A stretch of DNA of 63,310 nucleotides, the filler included, from Octopus bimaculoides (Eukaryota), in assembly GCF_001194135.2 (NCBI RefSeq). It is 6 parts of 6 records of this genome, joined end to end, with 100 filler letters (N's around TTAATTAATTAA, not from the genome) between each part and the next. Parts side by side here need not be neighbours in the genome. Positions count along the whole stretch, not along the records: positions 1 to 20,657 come from NC_068985.1; positions 20,758 to 40,489 come from NC_068994.1; 4 more parts are not named here. One strand, given 5' to 3'. The notes beneath the pieces were generated by a model. It saw nothing but the letters and a program-made list of their open reading frames with translations, ran no database searches and was not told where the DNA came from. The translations under genes and the position numbers were made by a program. How positions within the stretch are numbered: position 1 is the stretch's first letter; every line of letters begins with the position of its first letter. Of the stretch, positions 12,851 through 23,540 are shown piece by piece.

Positions 12851-13398
12851 CATATTAATATTTTGTCGAGATACAGGCTACGTTGCATAGCAGCAGAGCT
12901 CGGCTAATACTGGTCGTGTCATTTTTATCCGACCTCTTTCGTTGCGTTTGTGATTGATCCATTTAACCATGCGCTGGTGCGATATTTCAGATGTTTTTAC
13001 GAGGTACTTTTCAAATGGCAGCTTTTGGAAAAGAAATTTCTGTGCTTCGGTAAGAACCTCCTAAAAAAAACAACAACAAACAAACAAACAAAAACTGGAA
13101 TATCACACCATCACCTAATTAAATGGGTCAGCACTCAACAATCACATACTCTATTTTGTAACCTTACACTCTGTCATTGTATACATAGCACTACAGATAA
13201 TTTCCTATCTCTATTTTCTCTCTTCTGTTTTATCTATTATTTTACTTCCCTGCAGTCGCTATACACTTTGCAATCCTCTATTTTTCCTTATAATTCCCAT
13301 ATTGCCTTAATTAAATTCACCCATTTTTTTATAATTCATATTTTTAATTTATTATTCTTATAATACATTGATAATATTATTATTATTATTATTATTAT

Positions 13399-13602
13399 GA
13401 AGGTGCATAGCTCAGTGGTTAGAGCGTCGGGTTCACAATCTTGAGGCAGTGAGTTCGATTCCCGGACGGGGCTGTGTGTTGTGTTCTCAAACAACACACT
13501 ATTTCACGTTCTTCCAATTCCCTCAGCTGTAGAAATGAGTTGCAACATCATTGGTGCCAAGCTGTATCAGCCTTTGGCTTTCCCTTGAATAACATCGGTG
13601 GA
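13399..13602 (+). mobile_element. tRNA-derived CORE-like SINE family E, 5' part; a headless copy with tail lies at about 23060-23280
   Basis: A box TAGCTCAGTGG and B box GAGTTCGATTCC, then GTGTTGTGTTC..CACTATTTCACGTT..CTCAGCTG (CORE-like). Confidence 0.75.
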
Positions 13603-13621
13603 GACCGAATACAAGTATATA

Positions 13622-14260
13622 TTAGATGAAGAGAAACTTCCTGAGAATGTGGGTAGTTGATGTCAACATACTTTTTTGAGTCTCAAAGATTGTTGGTTTC
13701 CCAGGGATCTGGTCAAAACATTTGTCAGTACCTTTCTTGATCATTCCCAGGCCACCTACAACAACAGGGATGGTTTTGGTTTTTAATTGCTATGTCCTAG
13801 ATATCTCAATCTCAAGAGCCTTATATTTCGACAGTTTTTCAAATTCTTTTGCTGAGATGTTTCTATCAGTAGGCACTGTCATATCAATTAACATGCATAT
13901 TTTTTTTATTTATGTCTTTGATGATAATGTCCGGTCTGTTATCATTTATTTGCCAGTGTGTATCCCATAATCCTATAGGATGGTAACATTCTCTCCTTAA
14001 GTGACTGGGTCTGGATGGTGTTCATAGCAGTTCTTAGGGTGCGGGATACTATAGTGACGGCATTTGCTCCAGTGCAAGTATTGGTCAACTCGATCATGCC
14101 TGCTTTAATATTCTGTAAGGGCAAGGACTGAGTAATTGGCAACAATATGGTCAATATTCTCCAGTTTGTCATTTCAGAGCCTACACTTTGTGTCTACCTC
14201 ATTGTAGATGACATTATTAGCTTGATAGTTCCGGGTGAGGAGACTCTGATCTTGTGCCGC
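13622..14260 (-). mobile_element. R4/Dong-like non-LTR retrotransposon 3' fragment (CCHC finger plus restriction-like endonuclease), pseudogenised
   Basis: Minus translation FILAAQDQSLLTRNY...KCRL*NDKLENIDHIV...RHDRVDQYLHW...NRPDIII...LIDMTVPTDRNISAKEFEKLSKYKALEIEI...IPVVVGGLG...THILRKFL* carries the RHD, RPD..D and KxxKY motifs of RLE-type LINEs. Confidence 0.85.
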
Positions 14261-15545
14261 TAGGATAAATCGTCTGTTTCGACTTTCAAACGAACACTCT
14301 GCAGCCATTATTATTACACATTGTACCAGTATCGGAAGTTTCAAAGTGTTTAGTTAAAAAAAAATTAATTAAATAATCTGTACGTCAAATTGAATAGATC
14401 CGAAATGGATAAAAAGCAAAGTCGACTTTGGCGGAATTTGAACTCAAAATGTAAACACAGTTAAGTATTTCGCCCGGCGCGAAATTTCTTTATTGCCCAC
14501 AAGGGGCTAAACATAGAGGGAACAAACAAGGACGGACAAAGGAATTAAGTCGATTACATCGACCCCCAGTGCGTAACTGGTACTTANNNNNNNNNNNNNN
14601 NNNNNNNNNNNNNNNNNNNNNNNNNNNNNNNNNNNNNNNNNNNNNNNNNNNNNNNNNNNNNNNNNNNNNNNNNNNNNNNNNNNNNNNNNNNNNNNNNNNN
14701 NNNNNNNNNNNNNNNNNNNNNNNNNNNNNNNNNNNNNNNNNNNNNNNNNNNNNNNNNNNNNNNNNNNNNNNNNNNNNNNNNNNNNNNNNNNNNNNNNNNN
14801 NNNNNNNNNNNNNNNNNNNNNNNNNNNNNNNNNNNNNNNNNNNNNNNNNNNNNNNNNNNNNNNNNNNNNNNNNNNNNNNNNNNNNNNNNNNNNNNNNNNN
14901 NNNNNNNNNNNNNNNNNNNNNNNNNNNNNNNNNNNNNNNNNNNNNNNNNNNNNNNNNNNNNNNNNNNNNNNNNNNNNNNNNNNNNNNNNNNNATTCTTTA
15001 AATTCTTATTGCTAAGCGTTACTTCCTTATTCTCTTACTGACACGAAATTTCGTGGCATTTCAGCCCATAACTTTTCTTCTACTAATTTTTGTTCAATGC
15101 GACTAACGACTCTGAATTCTTCATACATTTTTCTATCATTTAAGCCTAAGAAAAGTATACTTTTATTTTAAAATTAAAAAGTTTATGTTAATTGAAGGTG
15201 AATAGGTGCCTTACTGCCCGCTTGAGGTCGCAGATATTTTGATGTAACTTTTTTTCTACTGAACCAAATCTCAAACTATTTATGCCAAATTGTAGCTGAG
15301 GAGATGTCCTCTTTAAAACTATTAACACTTTGCAATTTAGTTGAGAACTGAATTAGTGGTGAAGTTTGGAAGCTGCTTCGATTGATGAAATGTTGGACTT
15401 AGGAATATATTCAACCACTACCGTGGTTGAATGATACATAAATACAGAAAGAGAGAGAGAGAGAGAAACTGATAGGCAGACATGTATATGTACGTTTGTA
15501 TCGCGGAGACTGCAAGAGAGGCTTTGTGATAAATATTAAGGTTGT

Positions 15546-15551
15546 ACTTAC
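15546..15551 (-). other. 5' splice donor GTAAGT ending the coding exon
   Basis: Minus strand reads ...TATGACCA|GTAAGTAC, an exact consensus donor at the end of the only long unique ORF. Confidence 0.75.
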
Positions 15552-16417
15552 TGGTCATAACTGCGGAAAATCGACTTGAGACTTGGCATCCTCACGCTTC
15601 GACGCTGTGCCGGTATGACATCGATTTTATCCCCGAAGTACTTTTCCATGATTCGATGGAGTTCCTTGATATATACGGCGTTAAGACTTGAATTCACACA
15701 CTTCTGCAAAATGTCAGCGTTTAACAAAGATGTCCTCTTGCTGTTACGCCAGCGTAAACTCTTATCCATTCGGCGCTGGTTGTTGCCTCCGCCTTCCAAC
15801 TCGTGACGTAGCGGAATGTCGTCATCCTGTTCGGGCGTATCGTTTTGGTCGTGGGCTGCCTTCTCCCGCTCCAAGCTTATGTTGTTATTGTTGTTGTTGT
15901 TCTCATTGTTGTCATCTTCATCGGCGGCACCACCACCGCCGCCACCACCACCAGCAATAACATCAGCAGCAACGGCTCCACCGCCATTGCCAGCGGCACC
16001 TACGCCACTATCAGCCCCTCCTCCACCTCCTACTCCTCCAACTTCACCACCACCACCTACAGCAGCGTCACGGCCACCACCACCACCACCACCACCGATA
16101 CCAACACCACCACCACCTCCTCCTCCGCCGCTACTGGCGTTACTTTTGTTGAGGTTTTTTCGGAGCAAGTGCAAGTGAGCTCGGTTTGCCCCGGCTCTGG
16201 TGTTAGAGTAATCTATGCGATAGGGGTCGCTGACGGCCTGGCCCTCGCGAATTAGGTAGTAAGCAGCCTCTTTATCGCCAGCTGTGTCCACATCTGTCCC
16301 CAAATAATCAGTGGAAGACATGGAGAAAAGTCGACTGACTAGGGCTGTATTTAACAGCACGACAGTTAAGACGAACGATAACGCAACCAATGTTAGGAGC
16401 CGTTGGAGGGTCTTCAT
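15552..16417 (-). CDS. First coding exon (288 codons + 2 nt, phase-2 donor) of an unidentified type II membrane / secretory-pathway protein; downstream exons not found in the window
   Basis: ORF MKTLQRLLTLVALSFVLTVVLLNTALVSRLF (basic N-terminus plus hydrophobic anchor), Gly/Ala/Asn-rich stem, NxS sequons (NKS, NAS, NIS, NSS), then ordered sequence LQKCVNSSLNAVYIKELHRIMEKYFGDKIDV. GC-rich against the background. The ORF-track stop TAA (15550-15548) lies inside a canonical donor, GAC CA|GTAAGT. Family not recognised. Confidence 0.75.
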
Positions 16418-16740
16418 GTCGTTTCATATGATATAATATAAATATATAAATATATATATATACGTATATATGTAGACATGTAATATATATTCATTTATTT
16501 ATATACGTTTATATAAATACATATACATATATACACGCACACACATGTATATATGTATACACATATATACATATATTTTTTTTTATCATTGGCTGTGTGA
16601 ATACGAAGAGCTGTGAGAGACCGGTTGTGTAGATCTATATTGTCGAGTTGTGCATTGGCCAGTAGTGCAGCTGAAGCATTCTGGGAAGGAAGACAAAGGA
16701 ACACCTGGCAAATAGAATGATAGAAAAAAGAAAGAAAATG
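16418..16740 (-). promoter_or_regulatory. Putative 3' splice acceptor (AG at 16706-16705) and 5'UTR portion (16704-16418) of the same exon
   Basis: Minus strand: long pyrimidine tract ...TTTTCTTTCTTTTTTCTATCATTCTATTTGCCAG|GTGTTCC. Implies a further upstream exon. Confidence 0.5.
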
Positions 16741-17770
16741 AATGAATGACTGATTCAGGAAAATGAATGACAAAAAGCAAAAGGACAACAAGAACAATAA
16801 TAAAAGATGAAGAAAAGAGCAGCAGCAGCAGTAGTAGTAGTAGTAGTAATAGAAGTAGTAGTAGTAGAAGAAGAAGAAGAAGAAGAAGAAGAAGAAGAAG
16901 AAGAAGAAGAAATTAAATACTGTTAATATAATTAATATAATTGATAAACTGCAAAATATTTGAAAGTTTTGAAATTTAATTTAATAAAAAATGTGAAAAT
17001 TAATATTCCACTGTAAATTACACACACACACACACACACACTGTATATAAAGATTTAAAACGAAACGAGCCTCCGTAATAATTTAGTCTCATTTACGAAA
17101 AAATCATAAATAACAAACTAGCTAACAACGACACCAACGAAAACAACAATCTTTTATCTTTCACTTGTTTCAGTCATTGGACTGCGGCCGTACTGGGGCA
17201 CCACTTTTAAGGGTTTTAGTCGAACAAATCGACCTTAGTATTAATTTTTGAAATCTGGTACTTAGACTATCGGTGTATTTTGTCTAACCGTTAAGTTAGT
17301 GAAAGTAAGCAAACAACACCGGTTGTCAAGTAATGTATGCGTGTGTGGGGGGAGACATAAAGACAAAGACACACAGACACACACATATGTATGTATATGC
17401 ACACATCCATCCATCCATACATACATACATACATGATGGCTGCAAAGCGGTCTCGATCGGTGCCAACGTTCGATTGTTCTCTTAAGCACTATATGATTTT
17501 GCAGTCCTACTAGCGACCTACACTTTCGCGCAGCAACGATGGGCGCTTCTTTGCTGCAGGTGCTAAGAGAGCTTACCACAGCACGCTGAAACATACCTTC
17601 ATTTCATCATGGAATTTTTCACGGAATCTTTCGCCTTTCGCAACTGTGGCCCGCCTTAGTTATAAAACACATAATAGAAATGTTAACAAACGCAATGCCT
17701 GTACCCGAAACTTTTTAAAGTGTGATAAGGCCTTGCACTGGGCCAATCACACTCTAAAACAACGTATGCA

Positions 17771-18143
17771 TTTTATCTTTTATCTTTAATGTGTTACTTG
17801 TTTCAGTCATTTGACTGCGGCCATGCTGGAGTACCTTTTTGGAGAATTTTTAGTCGGATGAATCGACTCCAGTATTTATTTTTTTCTTAAAGCCTGCTAC
17901 TTATTCTATCGGTGTCTTTTGTCGAACCGCTAAGTTACGGGGACGTAAACACACCAACACCAGTTGTCAAGCGGTGGTGGGGGACAGACAGAAACACACA
18001 TTGACACACACACAGTTTCCGTCTACCAAATCTCACAAGGCTTTGGTCGGCCCGAGGTTATACTAGAAGATACTTACCCAAGGTGTCATGCAGTGGGACT
18101 GAATCTCGAACTACGTGGTTTAGGAGCAAGCCACGCTTGCGCC
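17771..18143 (-). mobile_element. SINE family A, near full length; a 3' half copy also lies at about 17155-17340
   Basis: Reverse complement of the family A motifs. Confidence 0.85.
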
Positions 18144-19046
18144 AGCCCCACCCCAAAACAAACAAAAACAAATTAGTTTACATAACTGGATGCAAACTAA
18201 GTGTTACCTCAGAGATTTCCTTCTCCAAGAGAGACGTCTAAACAAAGACTAAATGTCTCGCGTTCCCAGTGGTTTCATGGCCATTGCTTCTACAGGGTTT
18301 GTCTTACCCCCTACAGGGTGTTCATCGAAAAACCACCCTCCTTATCAAGCAGGTTTGGTAGAGTAGCAGGTTTTGTCGCTGTTATGACGTGGGTATACAC
18401 GTCTGGTGTAAAATGGTATTACGCAAATAAATAGGTGGCTGTGGTTATCTAAAAAATAACCTGTCGTGTCGCAGAAATATGTGTTAACACAGAAGGTACT
18501 CTCCGTACTACTTGAACGTAGCTACGATACTCAGTATTCACTGTTCAACTACCGACTGTGAAACCAACACACGTCAGACTAACACGGTATACCAATACGG
18601 TCGAACTAACACCGCCAACTACTCTCGTTGACAGTTCACCCAGTTCTTATTTATTGTAATCGATTGGTCCACCTTCAGTTACGTAAAGGGTTCAGGATTC
18701 TCCCATAACAATTGATGACGGTCTGATCATGCGACGGGTTGTACTGGGTTACATGTTACCAGTAGCACTAAGAACAACCTAACATTCATGTATTTATGTA
18801 TGTATTTCGTTTTCACCGCTCGACGTTATTCAAACAGAGCGAAATACAGAGTTTTGTAAATATTTAGACACGAGAATTTCAATAAAACGTAAAAAGGTGG
18901 TGGAAGATTTATGTGATATGCATTGAGTAAATTTGACTTGCTGTCAGACAATGTTTAGAAGCTTTCAAATAGATGTGGTCAAGCAAAACAAAAGAAAGAA
19001 AGGAAATGAAACCTATATTATACAATAGGTAATTAATATATATATA

Positions 19047-19221
19047 CAGGGTAGGAAAAAGTCAAGCACAAAGTAAGTTCAATACGTTCTTGAATTGTCA
19101 AAGACGTTTCAATTTTTCTAAAACTGACTTAAATAAATAGATAGATAAATAAATAAATAAATAATACCTCAATATAAATAAAATGTCAATTGTTTTTTTG
19201 CGTGACTTTTGGTCCACCTTG
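19047..19221. mobile_element. Tc1/mariner-type MITE (175 bp), TA flanks
   Basis: TA-CAGGGTAGGAAAAAGTCAAGCA ... TGCGTGACTTTTTGGTCCACCTTG-TA, imperfect TIRs related to the 12657 element. Confidence 0.65.
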
Positions 19222-19251
19222 TATATACATAATATGCGCTTATACATACAT

Positions 19252-19282
<31 letters not shown>

Positions 19283-19450
19283 TATATATATATCGAATTT
19301 GTGTAAATGTGTATAGAATAATATATCAGTTGAATAAAGTTACATGGTCTGGTTTTCACGTTTTTTATTATTGTATTTAAAAAAAATTTTTTTTACAATG
19401 TTGAAGTGTGTTAAACATTAAAAAAATATTTACTAATGTTCATAAAGTTC

Positions 19451-19488
19451 AATTAGCGCTTTCATACGTTCTTAGTAATCATCAGATT
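19451..19488 (-). ncRNA. Minimal type I hammerhead ribozyme motif (left arm), core intact
   Basis: AAT-CTGATGA-TTAC(TAAGAAC)GTAT-GAAA-GCGC-T-A-ATT: stem I AAT/ATT, palindromic stem III AGCGCT, UA cleavage site. Confidence 0.7.
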
Positions 19489-19991
19489 TCAAAATGTATG
19501 GGCTGACAGTTGAGTTGAGTGCTTGAGAACTGTAATAAAATGACTGACTTCATTTCTATACCTTTTAGAAACCTCCGACAAGCTGAATGTTTCGAATACA
19601 GTTTTGACCTATCAGCATGCAACTTAAACGTCACGTTTTGCCGGACGCACTGATATTACGGGCATAGATCCAGCCTTTATTTTAACCAATTACCCTGCGG
19701 TTTACATGCAACTTAAGTTTCGATCGGTTTTATTTCAGTCGTCGAAACCAACCAAGTTTGCTCACTCATAAAACCATTACATGTAAACCACAAGGTAATT
19801 GGTAATTGGGATCTATGTCAGTAATATCGGTGCGCCCGGCAAACCGTGACATTTAAGATGCAGGCTGATTGGTCAAAACCGTATTCGAACAATTCAGCTT
19901 GTCGGAGGCTTCTAAAGGGCATAAAAAATAAGTCAGTCATTTCACTACAGTTGTCAAGGCCTCAACTCAATTGCCAGCCAATACATTTTGA

Positions 19992-20029
19992 AATCTGATG
20001 ATTACTACAAATGTATGAAAGCGCTAACT
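19992..20029 (+). ncRNA. Minimal type I hammerhead ribozyme motif (right arm), core intact, one stem I mismatch
   Basis: AAT-CTGATGA-TTAC(TACAAAT)GTAT-GAAA-GCGC-T-A-ACT; AATAAA follows downstream at about 20110. Confidence 0.65.
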
Positions 20030-20701
20030 GAACTTTATGAACATCACAGAATATTTTTTTAATGTTTAACACACTTCAAAATTGTAAAAGAATTTTGTTT
20101 AAATACAATAATAAAAAACGTGAAAACCAGACCATGTTGTAACTCTATTTAGCTGATTATATATACACATACACACACGCACACTAATCCAAGGGTCACT
20201 CTACTAATTGGAAGGATGACTAACGGACACACTCTAGTCTCTGGCTCACATGCGTGCTGTCTCCTCCCTCTGTCTATTTTATCGTCGTTACTATAATAGT
20301 CACTGTTCCTCGGAGCTGGCTGGCCGGCTGGTCTCGTACCTCGATCAGTCAAACACTCCAAATCACTCGTCTCTGTTCAACTCTCGTCATCTTTGTTACC
20401 TCCTCCAAACCCACTCCCCAACCACAACACCCAGTCCTTCTTCGCTAGAACATCAGTACTCCGAGATTTTCTCCCAACCTATAATGTTCATGCAGGTGCT
20501 GAAGTGCAGCGTTTTAAATGGAACATTAATAGCATCAACTTCATCGGTCTCGGAGGGCCTGCGAAGGGCATGGTCACTGTCCTTTCCCACCACCAGACTC
20601 AGCAAATAATATGTGCACGCGCGTGCATGCGATATGTGTAGTGTTGATTATATATATNNNNNNNNNNNNNNNNNNNNNNNNNNNNNNNNNNNNNNNNNNN
20701 N

Positions 20702-20713
20702 TTAATTAATTAA
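20702..20713. other. Assembly linker TTAATTAATTAA embedded in N gaps (also 40534-40545, 51770-51781, 59936-59947, 61715-61726)
   Basis: An identical 12-mer giving stops in all six frames, flanked by Ns on both sides at five sites; not biological. Confidence 0.95.
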
Positions 20714-20840
20714 NNNNNNNNNNNNNNNNNNNNNNNNNNNNNNNNNNNNNNNNNNNNTTTTCTGATATGTAAGCTAAACTGTAAGAAACTCACACGGATA
20801 AACGTGTGTTTGTTTGTGTTGTGTGTGTGATATTGATAAC

Positions 20841-21054
20841 TCTCTTTACTCCCTTTACTCTTTTACTTGTTTCAGTCATTTGACTGCGGCCATGCTGGAG
20901 CACCACCTTAAGCCGACCAAATCGACCCCCAGGACTTATTCTTTGGAAGCTTAGTACTTATTATTCTATCGGTCTCTTTTGCCGAACTGCTAAGTTATGG
21001 GGATATAAACACACCAGCATCGGTTGTCAAGCGATGTTGGGGGGACAAACACAG

Positions 21055-21108
<54 letters not shown>

Positions 21109-21404
21109 CAAATGGCGGTGCCCTAGCATGGCCACAGCTCATGAGCTGAAACTAGATAAAATGAAAAAATAAAATGAATATATACAATGGGCTTCTTTCA
21201 GCCTCCGTCTACCAAATCCACTCACAAGGCTTTGGTCGGCCCGAGGCTATAGTAGAAGACACTTGCCCAAGATGCCACGCAGTGGGAATGAACCCAGNNN
21301 NNNNNNNTAGAAGACACTTGCCCAAGATGCCACGCAGTGGGAATGAACCCAGAATCATGTGGTTGGTAAGCAAGCTACTTACCACACAGCCACTCCTGCG
21401 CCTA
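20841..21404 (-). mobile_element. SINE family A, full length, with an oppositely oriented family A tail fragment inside; an adjacent copy lies at 21415-21775
   Basis: CTTTTACTTGTTTCAGTCATTTGACTGCGGCCATGCTGGAGCACC...CACAGCCACTCCTGCGCCTA. Confidence 0.9.
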
Positions 21405-22499
21405 TATATATATATCTTTTATCTTTTACTTGTTTCAGTCATCAGATTGCGGCCACGCTGGGGCATGGCCTTGAAGTTTTAGTTGAATGAATCAACTCCA
21501 GCACTTTTTTTTTCTTTAAGCTTAGTATTTATTCTATCAGTCACTTTTGCCAATCCGCTAAGTTACAGGGATGCAAACACAGACATACACGCATATATAA
21601 ATATAAATATATATATATATGAAGGGCTTTTTTTAGTTTCTGACTACCAAATCTACTCAAAAGGCTTTGTCTGGCCTGAGGCTAGAGAAGAAGGTACTTG
21701 CCCAAGGTGCCATGCAGTGGGATTGAATCCAGAACCATGTGGTTGGGAAGCAAACTTCTTACCTCACAGCCTTACAGTATTTCTTCTGATTTATTGTGAT
21801 CCAAGTTCAAATTCCACCAATGTTTAATTAAGCCTTTCGTCCTTTATGGGTCGATAAAATAAAGTAACAGTTGTGTACTGGCAGGGGAGTCAATGCAAGT
21901 AACTAAACACCCCTCACAAATGCTGGTCTTGCATCAAAATTGTGTCATAGATCAGGGTCTTTTAAAAGACCCTGATCTCAGCAATGAGCTTTGGTAGCAG
22001 TTCTAAAACCCCTGAAAGTAGGTAGCTGTCCTGGTTATAAAGGGAGAACCAAAGCAGATGGTAAAATTTACAAGATGTATCAGCACTCTGACTCCACACA
22101 CACTACAGAAATGAATTAACAGAGAGAGAAACTAATAACGTTCTTAGAGGAAAATAACTTCGTTAAGTTGATACTCAGCAATGGCATAAGCTGCCTCACA
22201 CAGCTGACTGCTACTGCTGCTGCCGTAGCAATAGGAGTTGATATCAAAGCAGCTGCTCAACCAGGCGAAATGCAGATGCGCTATGCCTGCACTATGCCTG
22301 CACTCTCCCAAAGCGTTCAGCAATGTCGATTGCGAGTTACATCACAAGCTGAAGTTAAATGGTCAATTGACAAAGTTATTACAAACAGCACCTGGTGGTT
22401 TACTTAGCAGTGTTTGTCCAGGCTCAGTGAGCTTTGAGTTCAAATCATGCAAGATTAACTTTGCTCAATATTTACATGCCTTTTGTTTATAGCTTCACT

Positions 22500-22936
22500 A
22501 AGGTAGTGAGCTGGTAGAAACGTTAGCACGCCGGGCGAAATGCTTTGCGGTATTTCGTCTGCCGTTACGTTCTCAGTTCAAATTCCGCCAAGGTCGACTT
22601 TACTTTTCATCCTTTCGGGGTCGATAAATTAAGTACCAGTTACACACGGATGTAATCGACTTAACCCTTTAGTGTTTAAACTGGCCCAAATATTTCTTCT
22701 GTTTTATGTTCAAACTGGCCTGATCTAACCTCTCACACCTACCCTACAATGCCATTCTAAAAATAGACAATAACAGCATCAAAAAAGTTATGAGACAATA
22801 TATTATTAATTCAAAACAATATGAATAAATAAGTTTTACATTTGACAGAGTAATTTGAACACTAAAGGGTTAATACCTTTGTCTGTCCTTGTTTGTCCAC
22901 TATGTTTAGCCCCTTGTGGGCAATAAAGAAATAAGA
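22500..22936 (+). mobile_element. Full-length SINE family B interrupted by a TTAA MITE
   Basis: Head at about 22500, core, then ...GTAATCGAC TTAA [insert] TTAA TACCTTTGTCTGTCC...GGGCAATAAAGAAATAAGAA tail. Confidence 0.9.
22665..22869. mobile_element. piggyBac-type MITE (205 bp), TTAA target duplication
   Basis: TTAA-CCCTTTAGTGTT ... AACACTAAAGGG-TTAA: a perfect 12-bp TIR plus TTAA on both sides. Confidence 0.85.
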
Positions 22937-23540
22937 ATGGATGAAAAGCAGTGAAAATAACTGGCTATTTGGAACTTCATCCACTCATACATCAAGATAT
23001 TGTCTCAAGTCTTAGGACTCTTCGGAATGGTTACTTAGTTCAAGGGAAATGTTGTGATCTTGGTGACATGTTGTGTCCTTGAGCAAGACACTTTATTTCA
23101 TATTGCTCTGGTCTACCCTAGCTGGCAAAATGTTGGCAGTATCTGTCACACCATGTGCCACACTTAATCTCCATGTCTGTGGAGCACTCAGCCACTTGTA
23201 TGTTAATTTCCTGAGCAGAGACTGTTCTGGCGATCGGATAATTGGAACCCTTGATGTCGTAACTGATGCGGTGCTAGTTTGTTTCCAGTTCTTTGTATAA
23301 AATACGCTCAATAGACAGGGAAATAATTACACACTTTGTAAACAAGAAAGAGTTAATGGCAACAAGTGCCTTCAGCAATAGATACAAAATATATGAGTGA
23401 CAGCAGCAGTGCATCTAGTGAATAATGAACACATCCAATTTCATAGTAATTTAAGGTAATCTGAGCAATGCAGCCTATGAGTCGAATGTGCCAGTTCTTA
23501 TCTCTGTGTGTACATATGTATATGTATATATTTGAAAGAA

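Larger units (their letters stand above)
19326..20156. repeat. Fold-back element: ~385-bp inverted arms and ~66-bp spacer, each arm carrying a hammerhead motif
   Basis: 19326-19710 is the reverse complement of 19777-20156 (by-eye estimate 85-90% identity). Confidence 0.9.

Noticed and set aside
15816-16255. Plus-strand Pro-rich and Thr-rich ORFs
   Set aside because: Antisense shadows of the Gly-rich coding exon.
21251-21352. Duplicated 45-mer on both sides of a 10-N gap inside SINE-A
   Set aside because: Typical unmerged contig overlap.
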